Below, piece by piece: positions 28,470 through 37,778 of a DNA stretch of 64,000 nt; positions within the stretch are counted from its first letter, which is position 1, and every line of letters begins with the position of its first letter. Source of the stretch: a bacterium. GTDB lineage: Bacteria; DRYD01. Made by a program: the position numbers and the translations under genes. A model generated the notes under the pieces. That model was given only the letters and a program-made list of their open reading frames with translations. It was not told where the DNA came from and did no database searches. The stretch spans positions 15,341 through 79,340 of the forward strand of contig JBCNVB010000026.1 in the NCBI GenBank assembly GCA_039630415.1, in the 5' to 3' direction.

Positions 28470-29029
28470 TAAGCTCTGCTTACGTATTCTCCGGTTTCTG
28501 TGTTTACTATGATACTATCTCCTATATCAACGAAGATAGGTACGTTAATGGTTATTCCGGTTTCTAGTTTTGCTGGTTTCATAACAGTTGATACTCTATC
28601 TCCTTTGACAGCTTTTTCTGTATATTCTACTTTTAATGTTACTGTTGGTGGCAGATTTATGCCTATTGGGTTATTTTCGTACATTATTACGTTTAGTACG
28701 TCTCCTTCTTTTATGAAGCCGATTTCTTTTTCGATTAGGTTTAGGGGGATTGAGTATTGTTCAAAAGTTTCGTTATCCATTAGGTATAGGTTATCTGAGT
28801 CTTTGTATAGTGCTTGCATTGGTTTGGTTTCTATTATAGCTCTTTTGAATTTTTCTTCGCTATCGAATTTTTTTTCGAGCACTTGTCCAGTTTTTAGATT
28901 TTTTATTTTGGTGGAGACGAAAGCTCTTGCTTGTGCTATTTTGGTATGTTGGTATTCTATTACTTGCCATAGGTTACCTTCATATTCTATTACTATTCCT
29001 TTGTGAAAGTCGTTAGGAGTTATTAGCAT
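28469..29029 (-). CDS. efp: Translation elongation factor P
   Basis: NDFHKG, KNLKTG, MDNETFEQ, KPAKLETG..VPIFV..GD...VNTETGEYVSRA. Confidence 0.93.
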   Translation of the reverse strand: MLITPNDFHKGIVIEYEGNLWQVIEYQHTKIAQARAFVSTKIKNLKTGQVLEKKFDSEEKFKRAIIETKPMQALYKDSDNLYLMDNETFEQYSIPLNLIEKEIGFIKEGDVLNVIMYENNPIGINLPPTVTLKVEYTEKAVKGDRVSTVMKPAKLETGITINVPIFVDIGDSIIVNTETGEYVSRA

Positions 29030-29066
29030 TTGTTACCACCTCGTTTATTATTAATGTTTGTGGTTT

Positions 29067-29321
29067 TTATTTAGTTTTTAGTAGTTTTTGTTGGTATTTT
29101 TGAACTAATTTTTTGACACTTTCGGTTGGTTGTGCACCTTTATTTATCCAGTATTTAAATCTTTCTAAGTTTATTTCGAGGACTTTAGGTTGCATTCTTG
29201 GGTTGTAGTAGCCTATTTTTTCTACATATTTGCCATCTCTTTTTGTTTTTGCATCTGCGACTACTATTCTATACCATGGGTTATGTTTATGTCCATATCT
29301 AGATAGCCTTATCTTAAGCAT
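29067..29321 (-). CDS. rpsP: 30S ribosomal protein S16
   Basis: [40 protein letters not shown]. Confidence 0.97.
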   Translation of the reverse strand: MLKIRLSRYGHKHNPWYRIVVADAKTKRDGKYVEKIGYYNPRMQPKVLEINLERFKYWINKGAQPTESVKKLVQKYQQKLLKTK

Positions 29322-29338
29322 ATTGCACCTCCGTATGA

Positions 29339-30715
29339 TTATTTTTTAAACATGCTAAAAATATCTTTAATATTTTGGTTTGGTAGAGGTAGATTTAATT
29401 CTGGTATATTTTCTTTTTTAACTATTCCTCCCATTTTTTTGAGTACTTTTCTCATTTCTCTGAAGTGTTTGATAAGATTGTTGACTTCTTTTATTGAGGT
29501 TCCACTTCCTCTGGCTATTCTAGCTTTTCTGCTACTGTTTATTATGTCTGGTTTTTTTCTTTCTTCTTTAGTCATTGAGTTTATGATTGCTTCTATTCTG
29601 TCGATTGCTTTTGGATCTACTTCTACTTCTCTTAGTGCTACTGGGTCTATTCCGAACATTTTTAGGGGTAGCATGGATAGAAGTGATTTAAAATCTCCCA
29701 TTCTTTTTATCATTCTAAGATAAGATAGGTAGTCTTCGAAGGTGAATTCTCCTTCTAGGTATTTTTCTACTTTTTCCAGTTCTTTTTCTTCTATTTGTTT
29801 TTCTATTTTTTCTATGAAGGTTAGTATATCTCCCATTCCTAGTATTCTAGAAACTATTCTGTCTGGGTGGAATACTTCGAGATCGGTTATTTTTTCGCCT
29901 GTTCCGATGAAGTAGAGTGGTTTTTGTGTTACGTATCTAATGGATAGAGCTATTCCTCCTTTTGTATCGCCATCCATTTTTGTTATTATGAAGCCTGAAA
30001 GGTTGACATGTTGATCGAAGGTTTGTGCTACATTTACTCCTTCTTGCCCTATCATTGAGTCTATTACCATTATAGTGTGTTCGACATTGAATTTTTGTTT
30101 TATTTTTGATATTTCATTTAGTAGGTCTTGGTCTAGGTGTATTCTTCCTGCGGTATCTACTATTATTGGATTGTAATTTGTTTTTTGTGTTTCTTCAATA
30201 GCTTTTTGAATTATTCTTATGCTATCTGAATTTTTGTCGTGGATAATTGGGATTGAGTTGGAGTTGCATAGATAGACTAATTGGTCTATAGCAGCTGGTC
30301 TATTAAAGTCGGCTGCTACTACTAGTGGATTGTAGCCTTGTTCTTTGAAATAGTGGGCTAACTTTGCGGTAGTGGTTGTCTTACCTGATCCTTGTAATCC
30401 TACCATTAGGATTATTGAAGGGGTATTGTTTATTTCTAATTTTACTGCTTCTTTACCAAGGATTTCTAGAATCTTATCTCTAGTGGCTCTTATGATCAGT
30501 TGGGAAGGAGTAAAGAGTTGGTTGGATTCGAGATTTTCAACTTCTTCCCTTATTTTGTGTGTTAGATCACGTACTACATTTAAGTGTACATCTGCTTCTA
30601 GGAGAGCTATTCTAATTTCTCTTATAGTTTGATCTATTTCTTCTTTTGATATTTTGCCTTTGCCTGATAGGGTTTTTACTATTTTACTGAAACTGTCAAC
30701 TAGTTTTTCAAACAT
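29339..30715 (-). CDS. ffh: Signal recognition particle protein
   Basis: [52 protein letters not shown]. Confidence 0.97.
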   Translation of the reverse strand: MFEKLVDSFSKIVKTLSGKGKISKEEIDQTIREIRIALLEADVHLNVVRDLTHKIREEVENLESNQLFTPSQLIIRATRDKILEILGKEAVKLEINNTPSIILMVGLQGSGKTTTTAKLAHYFKEQGYNPLVVAADFNRPAAIDQLVYLCNSNSIPIIHDKNSDSIRIIQKAIEETQKTNYNPIIVDTAGRIHLDQDLLNEISKIKQKFNVEHTIMVIDSMIGQEGVNVAQTFDQHVNLSGFIITKMDGDTKGGIALSIRYVTQKPLYFIGTGEKITDLEVFHPDRIVSRILGMGDILTFIEKIEKQIEEKELEKVEKYLEGEFTFEDYLSYLRMIKRMGDFKSLLSMLPLKMFGIDPVALREVEVDPKAIDRIEAIINSMTKEERKKPDIINSSRKARIARGSGTSIKEVNNLIKHFREMRKVLKKMGGIVKKENIPELNLPLPNQNIKDIFSMFKK

Positions 30716-32079
30716 TATGTTCTCACCTCTTGGTTTATTATATTTTGGACTTGTATTATTTTTTGTTGATCTTGGGATTCTATGAGTATTCTTACAACTT
30801 CTTCAGTACCTGATGGTCTAACGAATATTCGTACGTCGGGAAAATTTTGTGATATTTTTCTAAATAGGTCATTATTTTGATTTATGAACTTTTTCTTATC
30901 TGTTACGGGTATGTTTATTAGTTTTTGTTGGTATTTTTGGAGGTTTTGGATGATGGGGTAGGGATCTATTTTTTTGAGTGAGGTTAGTAGGAAGAGTGAG
31001 GATAGGATGCCGTCTCCGGTGTAAAGGAAAGGAGGGATTATTATATGTCCTGATTGTTCTGCACCCATATCTACACCATTTTCTAGGATTTGTTTTGTTA
31101 GATATTTATCTCCTACATCAGTTCTTATTACTTTAATTCCTTCTTCTTGGAAAGCTTTTTCGATTCCCAGGCTGCTCATGTGGGTTAGGGCTACACTTTT
31201 TATAGACATCTTGAGTTCATTTTTCAAGTACTTTGATATTATTAGCAGGATGGTGTCACCGTCTAATGTGATTATTTGTCCGTTATGTTTATAAATTGCT
31301 ATTACTCTATCTCCGTCTCCATCAAATGATAAACCTATGGGGTTGTTGTAGTTCTTGGATAGTTTGATGAATTGCTTTTTGAAGCTTTCGATATTAGTGG
31401 AGCCACAATTTTGGTTTATATTAAAACCGTCTGGTTTATTGTTTAAAGTTATTACCTTAGCTCCTAATTTTCTATATATAACTGGTGCATACTTACTTAG
31501 AGCTCCATTTGATAGATCAAGTATTATGGTGTACTTTTTTAAGTTATCCAGGTAGTTTTTAATGTAGACCAGGATTTTGTCGATGTATATTTTGAGTAAA
31601 TCGGATATTTTAAAGTTGTTATTTGAATTTGTAGGTTTTTGGAAAAGATTAAGGTAGTTTGAGAAATCTTCATGGATTGAATCTAGGTAGGAGTTGAGTG
31701 TTAGTTCTATTTCTTTTTCTAATTTTTCGTCTATTTTTAGTCCTTTGAAGAGTATTTTAATACCGTTGTAGTTGTAGGGGTTATGGGAAGCTGTTATTTG
31801 GAACCCATAGCAGTTATAGTATTTGGTTATGAATGCCAGAGCTGGGGTTGAGATATAATCACGGGATAATTCTACTTTAAATCCTTCTGATACTAAAGCT
31901 GAGGCTATTGCCAAAGCCATTGAATAACTGTTAAATCTCGTATCATAACCTATTACGACTTTATTTTTTTTGTTTATTGCTTTGCAAAAGCTTTTACCTA
32001 CTAGATAGGCTATTATTTCGTTTAGGAAGGGATGTTTTTCCCTTATTCCATCTGTTCCAAAAGTGTATATCAGCTTCAT
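30715..32079 (-). CDS. glmM: Phosphoglucosamine mutase (alpha-D-phosphohexomutase)
   Basis: FGTDGIR, TASHNP, NCGST, DGDGDR, VGDKY, EQSGH, RPSGTE. Confidence 0.85.
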   Translation of the reverse strand: MKLIYTFGTDGIREKHPFLNEIIAYLVGKSFCKAINKKNKVVIGYDTRFNSYSMALAIASALVSEGFKVELSRDYISTPALAFITKYYNCYGFQITASHNPYNYNGIKILFKGLKIDEKLEKEIELTLNSYLDSIHEDFSNYLNLFQKPTNSNNNFKISDLLKIYIDKILVYIKNYLDNLKKYTIILDLSNGALSKYAPVIYRKLGAKVITLNNKPDGFNINQNCGSTNIESFKKQFIKLSKNYNNPIGLSFDGDGDRVIAIYKHNGQIITLDGDTILLIISKYLKNELKMSIKSVALTHMSSLGIEKAFQEEGIKVIRTDVGDKYLTKQILENGVDMGAEQSGHIIIPPFLYTGDGILSSLFLLTSLKKIDPYPIIQNLQKYQQKLINIPVTDKKKFINQNNDLFRKISQNFPDVRIFVRPSGTEEVVRILIESQDQQKIIQVQNIINQEVRT

Positions 32080-32191
32080 GCTTCTATACTTATTCTACTC
32101 ATAGTTTTGTTATTCCTTTTGTTATGCTTGTTGTTGCTTTATGGAAGGTTTTTGGGTTTTTTGGCTAGAAATAACTATTTGAGGTGATAGC

Positions 32192-33922
32192 ATGTTTAAG
32201 CAGCTATTTGAAGAAATTCTTGGTGATATAATGATAGATTTAGGTATTTCAAAACCTCGTAGACCTGATAAGCTTTCATGTCCTAACTGTGAATATACCA
32301 TGAAAGTTATTTCTATAAAGTTTAAAGGTAAATCAGACATTGATATACTTAAAATAGATTTTTGTGATAGTTGTGAGGGGATATGGTTTGATCGTGGTGA
32401 GCTTGTAAAAGCTCTTGAGATCAACATTAAAGATATTTCTAAGTTTTTCCCTTCCAGCACCAAAAGAAGTGAGAAGGGTAGTGGAAGGAGAGTTTGTCCT
32501 ATATGTTCCAAGTATTTAAGCTTGATAAATTATTCTAAGGATAGTGATATATGGGTAGATGTTTGTACTAATGGATGTGGAATATTCCTGGATGCAGGTG
32601 AGCTTGAATTGTTAAAACTATACTCTATTGATCCTAACTACTTGAAAACGACAACTACACAGGTGTTGGTTCCTGTTGAAAAACCTACCATGGCTAATTT
32701 ACAAAAATTAAACGAACTGCAATCTAGATTAAATAATCTAAAAGATACTATCCTTAATAAATTGAAAGAAGCAGAGGATTCCATAAAAAATCAAGATATA
32801 TCAAAATTAAAACAACTAATTGACAATGGAGTATTCAGACAAGAGCTCCAGGAACTTAATTCTATTAGTTCTGAAGTTAAACAACTGTATTCTATGCACT
32901 CAACTGATAATCAAGTTGTGGAGCTTCAAAACTCTTTGGAAAAAATCAAAAAGTTTATAGATATAAAGCTAGATTCAATAAACCAAAGACTTTCTTCATA
33001 TGTAAAACAACCTTCTGTAGTACAAGAAAAAGTGGATCAAAAACAAGTAGACCAAAAAGTAATTGAAAAGCTTCCAGAAAAGCATGAAAAGGTCGGTAAA
33101 CAAGAAAAATTTGAGAAAATTGAAAAGATTAAATTAAGTGGATATGAAAACCTTCATTCCTATCTGATAATCAATAATAACCTTTACATTTTCTCAGAAA
33201 ACAAGATATACAAAAAAGTTCAAAATAGTTTTGAAGAGATTAAACTCAAGGAAATCAACTTTAGAATTAAAAGGGTTAAAGTGGTAGATGGTAAGATTTA
33301 TCTGATGGGTTCTTCTGGTAATATAGCTGAACTAAATGACTTATCGCAAGTTAGTAAGATTTACAGAATTGGTTACAGTGATATCAATGATTTGGCTAAG
33401 GTAAATAATAAATTTTATGTTTTATCAAGTGGGAGAGTATTTATTCTTGACAACGAATTCAAGATTTTACAAGAAAAAACTCTGAATGCTTCTTTTGTTG
33501 AAGTTATAGATGATAAAATCTTAATGGGTTATAGTAGTTTGTTTTATGTTGATGAAAACTTGAATAAAGTTCATGAATACCAGGTGGGTACATATAAACA
33601 ATTCAAAAAAATGAAACAGATTATTTCAAATCAGTATGGTTCTGAGTTTTATGTTTGGGGTAGTGGGATATTGTCAAAATTCACGGGTAAGGAGATTCAG
33701 ATGCTTAATCTACCCAAAAGTTATGTTGAGATAAATGATGTTCAATTTATGAGGGATGAGTATTATGTTTGTTGTAATAGTGGTGGGTTATATGCTACAA
33801 AGGACTTTAGTAACTATCAAGAGATAAAGCTAAATACTTTTGATAATTTATACTCGATTTTTGAATTTGAGGGTATGATTTATGTTATTTGTTCTGGATC
33901 GAATGTTATGATTTTAAGTTAG
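32192..33922 (+). CDS. Tandem zf-TFIIB zinc-ribbon protein with coiled coil and C-terminal beta-propeller-like region
   Basis: CPNC...CDSCEGIWFDRGEL and CPIC...CTNGCGIFLDAGEL, an L/Q/K/E-rich helical middle, and a beta-repeat tail. Confidence 0.7.
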   Translation: MFKQLFEEILGDIMIDLGISKPRRPDKLSCPNCEYTMKVISIKFKGKSDIDILKIDFCDSCEGIWFDRGELVKALEINIKDISKFFPSSTKRSEKGSGRRVCPICSKYLSLINYSKDSDIWVDVCTNGCGIFLDAGELELLKLYSIDPNYLKTTTTQVLVPVEKPTMANLQKLNELQSRLNNLKDTILNKLKEAEDSIKNQDISKLKQLIDNGVFRQELQELNSISSEVKQLYSMHSTDNQVVELQNSLEKIKKFIDIKLDSINQRLSSYVKQPSVVQEKVDQKQVDQKVIEKLPEKHEKVGKQEKFEKIEKIKLSGYENLHSYLIINNNLYIFSENKIYKKVQNSFEEIKLKEINFRIKRVKVVDGKIYLMGSSGNIAELNDLSQVSKIYRIGYSDINDLAKVNNKFYVLSSGRVFILDNEFKILQEKTLNASFVEVIDDKILMGYSSLFYVDENLNKVHEYQVGTYKQFKKMKQIISNQYGSEFYVWGSGILSKFTGKEIQMLNLPKSYVEINDVQFMRDEYYVCCNSGGLYATKDFSNYQEIKLNTFDNLYSIFEFEGMIYVICSGSNVMILS

Positions 33923-33957
33923 AAATTTATGAAAGGGTATTGAGGGGGGATGATTAA

Positions 33958-35043
33958 ATGCAAGAAAATCCTGTAGATATACTATTGAAGATGATGGTTG
34001 AGAAAAATGCTAGTGATTTGCATATAAAAGCTGGTTCTCCACCGATGTTGAGAGTAGATGGAGATTTGCAACCTGCTATAGATCAGGTGCTCTCTGCAAA
34101 TGCTGTAAGAAAAATAATCGAGAGTATGTTAACTGAGCAGCAAAAGGCAAGGTTGGTAGCTGAAAGAGAATTAGACTTTTCTTACTCTATCCCAAACGTG
34201 GCCAGATTCAGGTGTAATGCATACTTTGAAAGGAATGGTTGGGCTTTGGCTGTAAGAATTATTCCTTCGAAACCATATACGATAGATGAGCTTGGGTTGC
34301 CTTCTATTTTCAAGCATTTGGCAATGAGACCGAGAGGATTAGTACTTGTTACAGGTCCTACTGGATCAGGTAAGTCTACCACTTTGGCTGCTATGATAGA
34401 CTATATAAACTCTAATAGAAGATGTCACATAATAACGATAGAGGATCCAATAGAGTTCATACACAAAGATAAACAAGCAATGATATCACAAAGGGAGCTG
34501 GGGACTGATACCCATAGTTTTGCCAATGCTTTAAGAGCTGCATTAAGACAAGATCCTGATGTTATACTAGTTGGAGAGCTCAGAGATTTCGAAACAACAC
34601 AAACCGCAATAACTGCTGCTGAAACGGGACACTTAGTTCTGGGGACTTTACACACTACTGGTTGTGCTAATGCAGTAGATAGAATTATAGATATTTTTCC
34701 TCCTCATCAGCAACATCAGGTAAGAATTCAGTTATCGATGGTTCTTGAAGGTGTAGTATTCCAAAATCTGATTCCCAAAGCTACTGGAGTTGGAAGAGTA
34801 CTAGCTTTGGAGATAATGGTTGGAACACCCGCTGTAAGACATCTAATAAGAGAAGGTAAAACTCATATGCTTCCTAATTTGATTCAATCGGGTGCAGAAG
34901 ATGGAATGATATCTTTTGATCAAAGTCTCAGGGATCTGTATTTACAAGGATTAATATCCTACGATTATGCTATGCTAGCTGCCTTTAATCCAGAAGAACT
35001 GGATAGGCTAATACAGTCATCTCCTACATATCGAAAAAGATAG
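33958..35043 (+). CDS. pilT: Type IV pilus retraction ATPase
   Basis: ASDLHI, GPTGSGKSTT, TIEDPIEF, LRQDPDVILVGELRD, AAETGHLV.GTLHT, AVRHLIRE. Confidence 0.95.
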   Translation: MQENPVDILLKMMVEKNASDLHIKAGSPPMLRVDGDLQPAIDQVLSANAVRKIIESMLTEQQKARLVAERELDFSYSIPNVARFRCNAYFERNGWALAVRIIPSKPYTIDELGLPSIFKHLAMRPRGLVLVTGPTGSGKSTTLAAMIDYINSNRRCHIITIEDPIEFIHKDKQAMISQRELGTDTHSFANALRAALRQDPDVILVGELRDFETTQTAITAAETGHLVLGTLHTTGCANAVDRIIDIFPPHQQHQVRIQLSMVLEGVVFQNLIPKATGVGRVLALEIMVGTPAVRHLIREGKTHMLPNLIQSGAEDGMISFDQSLRDLYLQGLISYDYAMLAAFNPEELDRLIQSSPTYRKR

Positions 35044-37031
35044 TGTGGGATAAAATATTTGTTAAACAAATACTAACGAGTAGAAACTTTACTCCTAACG
35101 AAATAAACAAATATATTGATCAAGATCAAAACTTATCAATCTCAATTCCTTCCTTTGATAAACTCTTAGGTATACTAGAAAGAAGTAATTCTATACTCAT
35201 TGTAGGGGACTATGATGTTGATGGTATAATATCTTCGTGTCTTTTATACTATACCTTGGAAAGACTTTACAAAAATAAGAGGCAAATCAAAGTTTTTATT
35301 CCTAACAGGTTTGTTCATGGTTATGGAATGAATGCAAAGACTTTAAACTTTATTTTGTCTAATTTTGCAGGTAAGATAGATACTGTTATAACTGTGGATA
35401 ATGGTATTTCGTCTGTTGAGGAGATAAGGGTGTTAAAGGAAAATGGTTTAAGAGTAATTATCATTGATCATCATAAATTTGATAAAACTTTACCCAATGC
35501 TGATTTGATTATTCACCCTGGTTTTGGTGATTTAGGGTATAGTTATTTATGTGCTTCTGGTGTTGCTTTGAAAGTTTGTTTATATTTGGCAAATTGGATT
35601 GAAGGTAATCAAGATTTAGAGAAGTTATTTATGTTTCTTGCTGGTATGGCTACTATAGCTGATGTAGTGCCTTTATTGGAAGACAATAGGGTTATTGTAA
35701 AAAGATTATTTAAAATGACAAGAGAGGGATTTGTACCTTATGTAATACACAAACTATTTTCAAAGGCTTATGGTAAGGATATTTTGCCATATGATATTTT
35801 TCATTTTTCGTACATAATCATACCGCGTTTGAATTCACCAGGCAGGATAGATAACCCTTATCTTTCTTTCAAATTGATCTACAAATCTTTAAGTAACCAA
35901 TGCGTAATGGTTGAAAAGGATATAGAAGCTATAGAAGCCATAAACAGAAAGAGGCAAAAAATACAAGGGGATGTTTTTGATTTGGTTATAGATGACATAG
36001 AGAAGAACAAATCTTATCAAGACAATATAATTATACCTAAGTACATAGAGGAAAAAACGGGTTTGGAATTAGGTGTTATAGGGATAGTTGCTGGAAAAGT
36101 TTGTCAAATATATAAAAAGCCAACTTTTATATTCGTAAGAACCAATGGTAATCTTCTTAAGGGTTCTGTTAGAAATCCAATAGAAGAAGTTGATATAACC
36201 GAGATAATATCTAACTACAAGGATATAGTTCTTAAGTTTGGTGGTCATAGGAAAGCGGCTGGAGTAGAGATAAAACTTGAGGATTTCCAAAAATTCAGGC
36301 AAATGTTATCTAGTACTCCTCTTAAAAAATATCGTTATAATGTGGATTTAAGTTTAACTCCATTTTTCTGGAATAAGTTTGTAAAATACATAGATGATAT
36401 AGTGAAATTAATGGAGCCGTTTGGAGAGAAAAATGAAAAACCAATAATAAGGCTTTCCAATTTAGATTTGCAACAAATAGAATATTTATCTAAGCTATCA
36501 AAAGATGTATTTGTTAATGGTTTACCTTTGATACAGACTCTGCAAGAAAATTATTCTGATACTATCTATCTGAAATTTACGAGAAATACCTCCAAAGGAA
36601 TACATTTTGAGAGTTTGAGTTTTAGGGAATCTGATAGTAGAGATTATCATTATCGTGCTATAGGTGAAGCATATCTAGATTTTTTTACTAGGGGTGTTCA
36701 TTTTGTAACTGCAAGTATGAAAAGTCTTTCTTCGTTAGAATTACTGTTAAACTCTTATCGTGATTATGTTTTAGTTGCGAATTATGAAAGGTATTGTAAA
36801 ATAAAACAACTAGTTAAGGTTAAGCATTTTGCACTCCATATCCCTGATTTGAAACTACTAGCTGAATACGTACTAAATGCAAAAGAAGATTATTTTATAA
36901 CCAACTCTAACTTTTTCAGAGGAGTTTTGGTGTTTTGTTTTGATTTTTATAGCTATTTTAACGGTCAAGTTTACGATGATAATTTACAGAGAAAAGGGAT
37001 AATTTTTGTCAAAATTGAAGATTTATTATAG
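35043..37031 (+). CDS. recJ: Single-stranded-DNA exonuclease RecJ (DHH family)
   Basis: GDYDVDG, PNRF.HGYG, TVDNG, IDHH, TIADVVPL..DNR, PRLNSPGR, GSVR, GGHRKAAG, EPFGEKN. Confidence 0.9.
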   Translation: MWDKIFVKQILTSRNFTPNEINKYIDQDQNLSISIPSFDKLLGILERSNSILIVGDYDVDGIISSCLLYYTLERLYKNKRQIKVFIPNRFVHGYGMNAKTLNFILSNFAGKIDTVITVDNGISSVEEIRVLKENGLRVIIIDHHKFDKTLPNADLIIHPGFGDLGYSYLCASGVALKVCLYLANWIEGNQDLEKLFMFLAGMATIADVVPLLEDNRVIVKRLFKMTREGFVPYVIHKLFSKAYGKDILPYDIFHFSYIIIPRLNSPGRIDNPYLSFKLIYKSLSNQCVMVEKDIEAIEAINRKRQKIQGDVFDLVIDDIEKNKSYQDNIIIPKYIEEKTGLELGVIGIVAGKVCQIYKKPTFIFVRTNGNLLKGSVRNPIEEVDITEIISNYKDIVLKFGGHRKAAGVEIKLEDFQKFRQMLSSTPLKKYRYNVDLSLTPFFWNKFVKYIDDIVKLMEPFGEKNEKPIIRLSNLDLQQIEYLSKLSKDVFVNGLPLIQTLQENYSDTIYLKFTRNTSKGIHFESLSFRESDSRDYHYRAIGEAYLDFFTRGVHFVTASMKSLSSLELLLNSYRDYVLVANYERYCKIKQLVKVKHFALHIPDLKLLAEYVLNAKEDYFITNSNFFRGVLVFCFDFYSYFNGQVYDDNLQRKGIIFVKIEDLL

Positions 37032-37778
37032 ATGAATAGGATAAGGGTTTTGATTAGTGCTCTTGGGTTTTCTATAGGTTTTGGTTTTATGTTTTTAGCT
37101 ATTTCTGTTCCATTTTTGGGATTATCTATGGTACAGGGTATAAAGAAGGTTTTACCTGTGGTGGGTGGGTTGATTCTTATATTGGTAGGATTATTTTTGC
37201 TAGGTTTTTTTAGGATACCTGCACTTGCAAAATACTATAGAATTTTCAATTACGGTTTCAAGTTTGGAAATAGTCTGTGGTCTGTGTTTACAGGTTCTTT
37301 GTTAGTAGGGTTGAGTTTTGCCAGTGGATGGGCACCATGTGTAGGGCCTGTTATGCTTGGTATTTTATCATTAATATCTAATCAGCAAGAGTTTTTTATG
37401 GGGATTATTATGCTCTTATTCACTACTTTAGGTCTTATTAGCTCATTTATGTTGGTTTCTGTAGGGATTATAATGTTTGGTAACATTGTCAGTAAGATAC
37501 ATAAGTTTTCCATAGTCATTGAAAAATTTTTAGGCTTGGTTTTTATTGTCATTGGATTAGGTTTATTATTTTCTGGTGTTGATTGGGTTTTTGTTTTACC
37601 GATTGGTGTTGATTGGTTACAAGGTTTGACTTATCAGCTTAGTACGTTTTCCATTTTTAGCTTGTTAGTTTCTTATATTGCTGGTATATTTTTGTTTATT
37701 TCTCCATGTACATTGCCGGTGGTTATTCCTTATTTGTTTTTTTTGACGGGAGTAGGTATTGAAGGGCATGATAGATAA
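37032..37778 (+). CDS. ccdA: Cytochrome c biogenesis / disulfide-transfer membrane protein CcdA (permuted motif order)
   Basis: Both redox Pro-Cys motifs present (FASGWAPCVGP and FISPCTLP); highly hydrophobic. Confidence 0.85.
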   Translation: MNRIRVLISALGFSIGFGFMFLAISVPFLGLSMVQGIKKVLPVVGGLILILVGLFLLGFFRIPALAKYYRIFNYGFKFGNSLWSVFTGSLLVGLSFASGWAPCVGPVMLGILSLISNQQEFFMGIIMLLFTTLGLISSFMLVSVGIIMFGNIVSKIHKFSIVIEKFLGLVFIVIGLGLLFSGVDWVFVLPIGVDWLQGLTYQLSTFSIFSLLVSYIAGIFLFISPCTLPVVIPYLFFLTGVGIEGHDR

